DNA of 64,000 bases from Azolla caroliniana (taxonomy: Eukaryota; Plantae; Polypodiophyta): assembly GCA_043228905.1 (NCBI GenBank), contig JBHGNT010000007.1:1984001-2048000 (forward strand), in the 5' to 3' direction. How positions within the stretch are numbered: position 1 is the stretch's first letter; each line of letters opens with the position of its first letter. Positions 1 through 8,540 of the stretch are shown here, one piece after another. Under the pieces are notes generated by a model that saw nothing but the letters and a program-made list of their open reading frames with translations, ran no database searches and was not told the origin of the DNA. Made by a program: the position numbers and the translations under genes.

Positions 1-1395
1 ATCTCATACCCCTTCATCCCCCCATCGCCACGTGCTCGTCTTCTTCGTGTCGGCACTCAAAGTGCTCTTGAGCCCAAGCTTCGTTGGTTCGACGTTGCTC
101 CGCCCTGTTCATCGTTGCGAGCCCATGTGCTCGCCGTTCGGGTGGTCGTGGTTCGTTGGGATTGGCATTTTGGTGGTGCTCGTGTGTTCATCTTCGCCGT
201 GTTCGGATTTGCTCTTGTCTCTAAGGGCATTTAGTATTTATGTTTTGATTGAGCTTGTGGTTAACTATAAGTTGCCATTGTAATCAAACCCTACTTTATA
301 AAGGGTCCTCTTGCGTTGGAATCGAACACGTTTTTTATCTCTTTGGTCGATATCATTCGTGTTTCTTTCTCTCCGTCTTTTTGTGTTTGTGTCTTCCTTG
401 TACGTTCGGTCGTCTTGTGACGAGGGAGCGTTTCGGGCTTGCCCATGCACCTCTCCTCCTCATAAAGGCGTACGAGCATTTTGTGCGTGTGTCTGTGTCT
501 TCCTTGTACGTTCGGTCGTCTCGTGACAAGGGAGCATTCGGGCTTGCGCATGCACCTCTCCTCCTCATAAAGGCGTACGAGCATTTTGTGTGTGTGTTTG
601 TGTCTTCCTTGTACGTTCGGCCGTCTTGTGACGAGGGAGCGTTTCGGGCGTGCCCATGCACCTCTCCTCCTCATAAAGGCGTACGAGCATTTTGTGCGTG
701 TGTCTGTGTCTTCCTTGTACGTTCGGTCGTCTCGTGACGAGGGACCATTTCAGGCTTGCCCATGCACCTCTCCTCCTCATAAAGGTGTACGAGCATTTTG
801 TGCGTGTGTTTTGTGTCTTCCTTGTACGTTCGGTCGTCTCGTGACGAGGGAGCATTCGGGCTTGCCCATGCACCTCTCCTCCTCATAAAGGCGTACGAGC
901 ATTTGTGCGTGTGTTTGTGTCTTCCTCGTACGTTCGGCCATCTTGTGACGAGGGAGCGTTCCGGGCGTGCCCATGCACCTCTCCTCCTCATAAAGGCGTA
1001 CGAGCATTTTGTGCGTGTGTTTTGTGTCTTCCTCGTACGTTCGACGTCTTGTGACGAGGGATCGTTCGGGCGTGCATGCACCTCTCCTCCTCATAAAGAC
1101 GTACGACATTTGTGTTTGTGTTATCGTCCCCTTGTGCGTTCATCTTGCGTGCTCATCTTGCTTGTACTCGTTTGGTCACTTGGCTCGTGCGGTGATCTCG
1201 AAAGGTCGATGAGTCGTGATCAACGAGAGCCACCGGCCTCACAAAACAAAGGGCAACGAGAACTTTCTCGGGGAGGGGTCGGGAAGTAGTATTGTCGTAA
1301 AGCAAACCTCGGGTCTTCTCTATCCCTTGAGTACTCCCTAGTCCAAGACCCCCTGTGGTCCCGCCCAAGTAACACGCGCGCGAAACTTCGCAACA
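1..1395 (+). mobile_element. LTR X: 3' part of a long LTR (3' or solo LTR) related to the Trp-PBS Gypsy group; left end not resolved in the window
   Basis: Ends ...GTCCAAGACCCCCTGTGGTCCCGCCC...ACGCGCG...CAACA at 1395, resembling the 3' termini of LTRs A/B/B2/E. TATAAA at 297-302. No PBS follows; the host ORF resumes at 1396. Confidence 0.7.
380..1120 (+). repeat. Tandem array, ~106-bp unit x ~7, inside LTR X
   Basis: The TTCC(T/C)(T/C)GTACGTTCG motif recurs near 394, 500, 605, 711, 817, 922 and 1029. Confidence 0.95.
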
Positions 1396-1439
1396 GTGGC
1401 GGCGTGGGTTTGCTGGGCTGTGGTGCGGGCAGACCACGG

Positions 1440-2104
1440 TGTCGTGAAGATTTTCGTCCATAGGCGGAAAACCGAGCGAAACAAGCAAACCCGCGATGTG
1501 CAACGTTGCACATCAACATGTTGTATTTCTATTTATCGATAGTGATAAGTATGGTGCTAGAAATGCACCTTAGGATTTGTAAAGTGTAAAGGTGATGTGC
1601 TTTTGCGCGCACATCCACGTGAGAGAGAGAGATAGGTACATAGTAGTTCGTGTAGAAGTGGGAGTTAAGACCCATCCTTCCCACCTCCCCTAAAATCAAG
1701 GGAAATATCCCCATTGATTGAAAGGGGATATTTTGTAGCACCCTTTTATGTAACGGTCTTCCCTCCTTGTGCTATAAAGGGAGAGGAAGAGCACCATTGT
1801 GGGGGTTGCCTTATTTTTGAGTGTGAGTGAGGTATACCATTTCGTTTTAGGGTTAGGGTTTCGTTTAGGGTTCCTTAGTTAGGGTTTCTTGTGTCGTTTG
1901 GTGCGGCCTACGCGGCCGCCATTTTGTAATCGGTTTTCGGTTCTAATATATCTTGTTGAGCATTTGGCCTCCATCTTCCTCTTGTTCATTCTTTCTCTTC
2001 TTGTGCTAAGCTCCATTCCGAAGTCCTATTCCTTCTCCCCTTCTCCTTAGTCCAAGACCCCCGTGGTTCCGCCCTTCTCCACGCACGCGCGTAACAACGC
2101 GACA
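1440..2104 (+). repeat. 5' LTR of element A
   Basis: Direct repeat of 6411-7075; the only mismatch I saw is 1481 A vs 6452 G. Confidence 0.97.
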
Positions 2105-2108
2105 TCTT

Positions 2109-2126
2109 TGGTGAACCCGACGTGAA
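2109..2126 (+). promoter_or_regulatory. Primer-binding site complementary to the tRNA-Trp 3' end
   Basis: TGGTGAACCCGACGTGAA is the reverse complement of the plant tRNA-Trp 3' end (TTCACGTCGGGTTCACCA). Identical at 8501-8518; one mismatch at 32481-32498 (minus). Confidence 0.85.
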
Positions 2127-2146
2127 GGGCGGCAAGGGAGAAAGAG

Positions 2147-4291
2147 ATGGAGGAAGGCTTCGACTTCGAGGAGATGATGACAAAGATCTTGATGGACGCC
2201 GGACGGAAGAGGGCGAGGCGAGAGGCGGCTCAACAAGCGGTCGAAAGGGTGGTCCGTCTAGTCGGCCGGTTCGATGGGAAGGAGGTCCCAAAATTTTTGA
2301 GAGCCTACGATGCGGAAATGACGGGGATGGGCGTGGACGAAGCGACGAGGCTAGAGTTCTTTCGTCGAGCGGCGGCCGCATCAAAGTACGAGGAGGTCAA
2401 GGAGCTCCAAGAAGCTCACGAATCGTGGGAGTCCTTTGAAGGGGCTCTAATGGAGGCATACGGGTGCGCGGAATCGGAGGTAAGAGGTCGGCGAGAGTTC
2501 GATCGGTGGATGGCGTCGGCGAGGCGCCATCGGAGCGCAATAGAGGCATTCCGAGAGTTCGAGCGTCGTTTCTCTCAACTCTCGGAGTGGGAACGAAGAT
2601 CGGTGGGGCCGGACAAAGTCCTCCTATTTTTGGAGACGGTCCATCATGAGGAGAGGATGGACATCATGTTCGAGCTTCAAGACGATTATGGGGCGCATGG
2701 TCTCACCGAGGAGTGGCCCGAAGTGGAATGGGTGTGTCGGCAACATGAGGCGAGGCGGTCGGCCACAACACGGCCCGCGAGCTGGGGAGAAGAGAGAGCG
2801 ACGACCGACTACGCCATGCCGCCGGACGAGAGCTCATCGCGAACCGGTTTGGAGGGGCTCGACCTACAAGCGCTAATACGGGAGGCGTGCGGGCTCGTAA
2901 TGGCGAAAATCGAAGTCGAAGAATGGCTTATTGCGGGGTCGGGCCCGAGCGGATCGGAGGACGCGGAGGAAGGAGCTTCCTCACACATGGAGGACGGGGC
3001 CTATGCGGAGGCCGAAAGAGAATGGTACATCGGTACCACGGGAGAGGGTGCGGAGCGAGCCGCCCTCTCGACATGGGGGAAAAGAACGACCGAGGACGAG
3101 GTCGGGGACGGTGAGGCGGCGATCGCCGATTCGAGCGGATATGGCGGATTCGGGACATGGTGGCCCGAATCATCGAGTACGGAGGAGACAAGCGGCGGTA
3201 CCGCAACCTTCCACGCACCGGTTCAAGAGACCCCGGCGGCCGGCCCGAGCGCCCGCGTGAGACCGAGGGAAAAGCACGGTGGCGGCGGCAAGGCGGGCAA
3301 CCGAGACAACGGTAAGGAGACCGCGGAAGAGGCGGCGGCAAGCATAACCGATGCTTGCATATATGGAGGCGGGGTAGCCACGGACAACGACGTCCGAGCG
3401 GAGGTGGCTACGGACATTACATCGACGAGCGGCGGTCCCGCGACCTTACACGCGTCATTCCTGGAGATCACGGTGGCCGGCCCGAGTGCCCGCGTAAGAC
3501 CTATGGTGAAAGGCGGTGGCGGTGGCAAGGCGGGCGACCACGGCGTCGACACGAGAGAAGGTGCGGAGCAAGCGACCGTCTCATCTCGGGGAAAAAGAAC
3601 GGCCATGGACGAGGCCGATATCTACGGAGCGATGGACGCCACTTCGAGAGTGGGCGGAAGTTTCGGGACGCGGTTGCCCGAAACGTTCTACGAGGATTTC
3701 GCGAGCATACTCGAGGCTTGCGAAATGGAGGAGGAAGAGGAGACGAGCGTCGGTGTCGCGACCTTCCACACACCGGCCCTAGAGGCTTCGGCGGTCGGCC
3801 CGAGTGCCGGCACGAGACCTGGAGCTACGGACGGTGGCGGCGGCAAGGCGGACAACCGAGATAAGGACGAGACCGGCGAAGAAGAGGCGGCGGCAAGCAT
3901 ACTCGATGCTTGCGAAACCGAAGACGGGGTAGCCACGGACGACGATGTCCGAATGGAGGTGGCTACGGACGAGAGGAGTGGTGGTGTCGCGACCTTCCAC
4001 ACACCGGTCCTAGAGACTCCGGCACCCGGCCCGAGAGCCGGCGAGAGGCCTAGAGTGACGGACGGTGGCGGCGGCAAGGCGGGCAACCGAAACGACGACG
4101 ACATGGGAGAGGGTGCGGAGCGAGCAACCCTCTCGTCTTGCGGCGAATGGACGGCCAAGGATGAGGCCGGTGACTACAAAGCGGAGAGCGCCACTTCGAA
4201 AGTGGGCGGAAGATTCGGGGCACGGTGGCCCAAACATCGAGCGGAGAGGAGGCGAGCGGTGGTGCCGCGACCTTCCACACACCGGCCCTAG
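2147..4291 (+). CDS. Element A ORF part 1: Gag capsid-like N-terminus followed by Gly/Ala/Glu-rich repeats
   Basis: VGRFDGKEVPKFLRAYDAEM aligns to element B Gag IGRFGGKDATNYLEAYRAEM; GPDKVLLFLETV aligns to B SRVLLFVKSV. Repeated TFHTP..E....GPSA..RP...GGGGKAG units follow. Confidence 0.75.
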   Translation: MEEGFDFEEMMTKILMDAGRKRARREAAQQAVERVVRLVGRFDGKEVPKFLRAYDAEMTGMGVDEATRLEFFRRAAAASKYEEVKELQEAHESWESFEGALMEAYGCAESEVRGRREFDRWMASARRHRSAIEAFREFERRFSQLSEWERRSVGPDKVLLFLETVHHEERMDIMFELQDDYGAHGLTEEWPEVEWVCRQHEARRSATTRPASWGEERATTDYAMPPDESSSRTGLEGLDLQALIREACGLVMAKIEVEEWLIAGSGPSGSEDAEEGASSHMEDGAYAEAEREWYIGTTGEGAERAALSTWGKRTTEDEVGDGEAAIADSSGYGGFGTWWPESSSTEETSGGTATFHAPVQETPAAGPSARVRPREKHGGGGKAGNRDNGKETAEEAAASITDACIYGGGVATDNDVRAEVATDITSTSGGPATLHASFLEITVAGPSARVRPMVKGGGGGKAGDHGVDTREGAEQATVSSRGKRTAMDEADIYGAMDATSRVGGSFGTRLPETFYEDFASILEACEMEEEEETSVGVATFHTPALEASAVGPSAGTRPGATDGGGGKADNRDKDETGEEEAAASILDACETEDGVATDDDVRMEVATDERSGGVATFHTPVLETPAPGPRAGERPRVTDGGGGKAGNRNDDDMGEGAERATLSSCGEWTAKDEAGDYKAESATSKVGGRFGARWPKHRAERRRAVVPRPSTHRP

Positions 4292-6399
4292 AGGCTTCGG
4301 CGGTCGGCCCGAGTGCCGGCACGAGACCTAGAACGACGGGCGGTGGCGGCGGCAAGGCGGGCAAACAAAATGATGCGGAGAACGGCGAAGAAGAGGTGGT
4401 GGCAAGCATACTAGAGGCTTACGGAATCGGAGATGGGGGAGCCGCGGACAACGACGTCCGAACGAAAGCGGCTACGGAGACAACAAGCGGCGGTGCCGGG
4501 TCCTTACCCACACCAATCCTAGAGGCTCCAATGGCCGGCCCGAGTGCCGGCATGAGGCTTAGTGCGACGGGAGGTGACGGCGGCAAGGCGGGCAACGGAA
4601 ACGAGAAGGAAGATTGGAGCGGACGGAGGCAAGACCCCTTGACGCCGGGGCCGGAGACTTCAGCGGTTGTGCTCGAATGCCAACGTGAGACCGGAGAGAT
4701 GGGCGGTGACCGTGAGGAGGTGAGGCCCGGAGAGAGCGCATACGAAGACGAGTATGCGGGGCCCGGAATGGGCGTATACGGTGGGTCCGACGGAGAGGAC
4801 CGGAGCGGAAACGAGGAGAGAGTCGGGAACCGACCCGACCGGAATACGGCACGGAAGAAGAAGAGAGTAAGGGCCGGCGAACCGGGCCCAAACCGAAGGA
4901 AGCCGGCGAGACCGATTGGCCGGTTACGGTTACGGTTACGATGGGAGCCGGTAAGCGCGAGATGGAGGCTAACCGGGCACGACGACCATGGTTCGGGGGA
5001 AAAACGGAAACAAACGAGACCCTCCATACCCACTCTAGAGACTACGGCGGTTGCGGATCAACATAAGATCGGAGAAACGGCGGGTGGCGGCGAGGAGTCA
5101 GAGGCCGGAGCGTACGAGGTTACCGGAACGGATATCCGGTACGAGATGGTGGACGGGTGGGTCCAAGACGGCGAGCCCGTGTCGGAACGGGCTACGGCGA
5201 CAAAGGAGGAGAAGACCGACACGGAGGTCGGGTCTACGGCGGAAGAGCGAGACGAGATGCATGCAATACGGCCGCTGGAGGGCCAAGACACAAGCATGCC
5301 TACGAAGGAGCCACATCGAGCGACTGAAGATGACGGTCGGATCACGCCTTCGAGAGGCGAATACGAGGAGGAAGGCGGCGACGACGAGACCCGGCACGAT
5401 GCTAGGGAAGATTGGTGGGAAGAGGTGGCCTACGGAGAGGCTAAGACCGGCGGCCACGAAGATAAGACCCGAGAGGGATCCTCCACACCGGCTATAGAGA
5501 CTCCGGCGGTCGGCGCGAGTGCCGACGTGAGACCAAGAGTGGCGGACGGTGGAGGCGAGGGGACGAAGGCCACAACGGATGAAGGCACCGAGAGAGGCAT
5601 ACGGGAGGTCGCGGTGAACGAAGATGTATGCGCCCAAAGGAACGAACACGACATCACGAAGGATGTGTGCGGTCGAGCGGGCCAAGAGGGCCAAGAGGGT
5701 GTTCCTCCGAGCGAAACGGAGGTCGGGGAAGAAGGGTACCTTTCCGAAAGGGTACGCGAAGAGGAGCGGAATGCGAAACGTGCAATACGGCCGCATGAGG
5801 GCCAAGCAACGAGCACGGGAACGATGGTATGCTCTACGGCGAGAGAGCACGGCAAGCAAGGGGAAGGCGAAAAATGCGTGATGGGGTCATTGAAGGACCG
5901 AAGCACGAGCACGCATTCGGAGGACGACACCGACGTACGGGGAAAGCCTACGGAAGGCAAGCGCGGAGCGAGAAGAGTCGGCACGACGAGGTGCGCGGCA
6001 CGAAAAAGGCGGATCCGGAGGATATGCGAGGCGGACAAAGGGTCGGCAACGGCGTTCGGGAGGACCGAACGGGGAGGAAAGCGCGGGCATCGGATATGGC
6101 GGTCCGAGTGTAGTCGGTGGTTCGAGGAAACACGGTGGACGTGGCGGATCGGGTGGAGGCAACGACTCGGCGAACGTCGTCAAGTGTGGCGGATCGGATG
6201 GAGCCGACGGTTCGAGACCATTCGGCGGAGATGGTGGGCCGGAAGGCGACGGTGGTTCGTGTGGACGGGGTGGACTTGCTCGAAGTGGAAGACGAAGCCG
6301 GGCAAGCCCACGAGGTTGTCAAGGGCTCGGTTGGCCGCCTTGGCCGAAAATCTCTCGTTTTGTTCCCCTTTTGGCACATACCGGTGGATGTGCGGTTAG
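4225..6399 (+). CDS. Element A ORF part 2: acidic low-complexity repeats and Arg/Trp-rich C-terminal tail; probably continuous with part 1 before a 1-bp deletion near 4231
   Basis: The same repeat unit continues in the -1 frame. Comparing with the repeat copy near 3160 (CCCGAATCATCG vs CCCAAACATCG) suggests one base is missing. The ORF runs up to the PPT. Confidence 0.65.
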   Translation: MAQTSSGEEASGGAATFHTPALEASAVGPSAGTRPRTTGGGGGKAGKQNDAENGEEEVVASILEAYGIGDGGAADNDVRTKAATETTSGGAGSLPTPILEAPMAGPSAGMRLSATGGDGGKAGNGNEKEDWSGRRQDPLTPGPETSAVVLECQRETGEMGGDREEVRPGESAYEDEYAGPGMGVYGGSDGEDRSGNEERVGNRPDRNTARKKKRVRAGEPGPNRRKPARPIGRLRLRLRWEPVSARWRLTGHDDHGSGEKRKQTRPSIPTLETTAVADQHKIGETAGGGEESEAGAYEVTGTDIRYEMVDGWVQDGEPVSERATATKEEKTDTEVGSTAEERDEMHAIRPLEGQDTSMPTKEPHRATEDDGRITPSRGEYEEEGGDDETRHDAREDWWEEVAYGEAKTGGHEDKTREGSSTPAIETPAVGASADVRPRVADGGGEGTKATTDEGTERGIREVAVNEDVCAQRNEHDITKDVCGRAGQEGQEGVPPSETEVGEEGYLSERVREEERNAKRAIRPHEGQATSTGTMVCSTAREHGKQGEGEKCVMGSLKDRSTSTHSEDDTDVRGKPTEGKRGARRVGTTRCAARKRRIRRICEADKGSATAFGRTERGGKRGHRIWRSECSRWFEETRWTWRIGWRQRLGERRQVWRIGWSRRFETIRRRWWAGRRRWFVWTGWTCSKWKTKPGKPTRLSRARLAALAENLSFCSPFGTYRWMCG

Positions 6400-6410
6400 G
6401 TGGGGGCGGA

Positions 6411-7075
6411 TGTCGTGAAGATTTTCGTCCATAGGCGGAAAACCGAGCGAAGCAAGCAAACCCGCGATGTGCAACGTTGCACATCAACATGTTGTATTTC
6501 TATTTATCGATAGTGATAAGTATGGTGCTAGAAATGCACCTTAGGATTTGTAAAGTGTAAAGGTGATGTGCTTTTGCGCGCACATCCACGTGAGAGAGAG
6601 AGATAGGTACATAGTAGTTCGTGTAGAAGTGGGAGTTAAGACCCATCCTTCCCACCTCCCCTAAAATCAAGGGAAATATCCCCATTGATTGAAAGGGGAT
6701 ATTTTGTAGCACCCTTTTATGTAACGGTCTTCCCTCCTTGTGCTATAAAGGGAGAGGAAGAGCACCATTGTGGGGGTTGCCTTATTTTTGAGTGTGAGTG
6801 AGGTATACCATTTCGTTTTAGGGTTAGGGTTTCGTTTAGGGTTCCTTAGTTAGGGTTTCTTGTGTCGTTTGGTGCGGCCTACGCGGCCGCCATTTTGTAA
6901 TCGGTTTTCGGTTCTAATATATCTTGTTGAGCATTTGGCCTCCATCTTCCTCTTGTTCATTCTTTCTCTTCTTGTGCTAAGCTCCATTCCGAAGTCCTAT
7001 TCCTTCTCCCCTTCTCCTTAGTCCAAGACCCCCGTGGTTCCGCCCTTCTCCACGCACGCGCGTAACAACGCGACA
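6411..7075 (+). repeat. 3' LTR of element A
   Basis: Direct repeat of 1440-2104, preceded by the PPT. Confidence 0.97.
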
Positions 7076-7798
7076 ACGGGGTGGAAACAGTATCGTTAGA
7101 TACTGTTGTATGATTGGCCTTAGCTTTTTGCCGCCTTGATATGCGTGCAGGCCTTCCCGTAACGTTGGTCCCGTAATTACCCCCCAATCGACCGCGTGCC
7201 CTTCGAAGGTATCAATGATGATGCCTACCTTCTGCTTTGGCATCCCATAGGCATTTACATGCACACATCCTACCTCCAACAAGAACTTGGCTATTTCGCG
7301 AAAGAAGGGGTCGGGGATGTCCTTCGTCCTGTATGCTTTGGCAGACGCTGAATATGCCCTGAAATACCTCTGCAAGGTTTCCGCAGGAGGGATGTCGAAA
7401 TGTCTTTCTCCAAGTGATGACAAGTCGAGCTTCTTCCAGATGGATTTGTTGGTGACCATGTCTATATTGAGTTTCCTAGCAATGTCCAAGGCTTTAGGAT
7501 CAGCAGGTGCCTTAGCGACTTTGATGTATCCATCCACTCACTTTTCGGCGAGCCATCTACGCAAGGCGGTAGAAATAGTGATCGGCATCGACATTGTAGG
7601 TGGGTGAGACTCGTGGGGAGTGGGTGAGGTTTGCTGGCTATAGCGAACGTGGGCTCTGTGGTATGATGGAGAGTAAGGTGAGTGAGGAGAGCGACGAGAG
7701 CGAGGAGGGTTAGAGGCTGAAGATTGGTTTCTGTATTGTGCAGAAAACCTTCTATTTTCTTCTTTTTGTGGCCTAGGGTTCATTGATTTGTGAGCCAT
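7076..7798 (-). pseudogene. Interrupted ORF of unknown function, probably a retrotransposon accessory ORF; continues at 1439-1396 after removing element A
   Basis: ORFs 7798-7538 and 7537-7076 are in frame, separated by one TGA. ...QQYLTILFPP|RGLPAPQPSKPTPP reads across the ACGG TSD and is then cut by LTR X. Confidence 0.55.
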
Positions 7799-8540
7799 CG
7801 TGGTGCCGTGTTGTCGTGGAGAAAACCATCCCTAGGTGGAAACAGGGTATAATGTGTGTAAACCGGCCCTTACACGTGGGCACAAGTTTTGTTGTATAGT
7901 ACGTAGATAGGTACAAGTAGGCTAAGGTGAAATCCTAGGTAGCACGCATTCATTAGTGAGAAAATTGAGGCGTATCCCTGTCCGAAAGGACAGGGAATAA
8001 ACATGATGTAACAGGTGGTAACGGCCTCCCTCCTTGGGCTATAAAAGAGAGGGAGAGGTATAGTAAAAAGGGTATCGCGTTTTTGTGGAGGAGGAAGTGC
8101 TGCCGGACTGGAACCGAGCTCTTCTCCTCTGTCTTCTCCATAGTCGTTCTGTGCAAGTTTTCGGGAGGCTAACTCTGCTCCGCGGGACGCTCGAGTGCTT
8201 CCGGCAGAGTCTCCATCTCACGTTTTGTGCGTGCGTGCGTGTGTGTGTGCATGTGTGCAGGCGTCGGAGCCTATCACTCGCCGGCTTGCCGGTTGTAACT
8301 CCTTGATTTATATATACATATACATTCGTTCTGTCTCCATTGTTCAGAGTTAGTTGCAACTCCTGTGAATCTGTGTGTTTGTGCGCGTGTGAAGTACATC
8401 GGTAGTTTCCTTCCCCTCTTTTGATTCGGTTATTTCTCGGTCCAAGGCCCTCGTGGTCCCGCCTCGTTCTCCACGCACGCGCGTAACAACGCGACATATT
8501 TGGTGAACCCGACGTGAACAGGCGGTAGAGGAATAGAAAG

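Larger units (their letters stand above)
1440..7075 (+). mobile_element. Element A: intact-structure non-autonomous LTR retrotransposon (Gag-like ORF, no pol)
   Basis: 665-bp TG...CA LTRs at 1440-2104 and 6411-7075. 4-bp TSD ACGG (1436-1439 / 7076-7079). PBS at 2109-2126; PPT GGTTAGGTGGGGGCGGA at 6394-6410. No PR/RT/RH/IN motifs seen. Confidence 0.95.

Noticed and set aside
380-1120. Regular repeat array resembling CRISPR
   Set aside because: Units are contiguous with no unique spacers, there are no cas genes, and the context is a eukaryotic LTR.
249-1289. Multiple overlapping ORFs
   Set aside because: They are translations of the tandem repeat in several frames, with no coding signature.
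1847-1888. Interstitial telomere
   Set aside because: Only a few dispersed TTAGGG units inside both LTR copies; better explained as telo-boxes.
4228-4236. CCCAAAC as a programmed -1 frameshift between the two element A ORFs
   Set aside because: The heptamer is out of phase (read CCC AAA in ORF1), and a paralogous repeat suggests a simple 1-bp deletion.
2928-6490. Long antisense ORFs within element A
   Set aside because: Expected shadow frames of GC-rich repetitive coding sequence.
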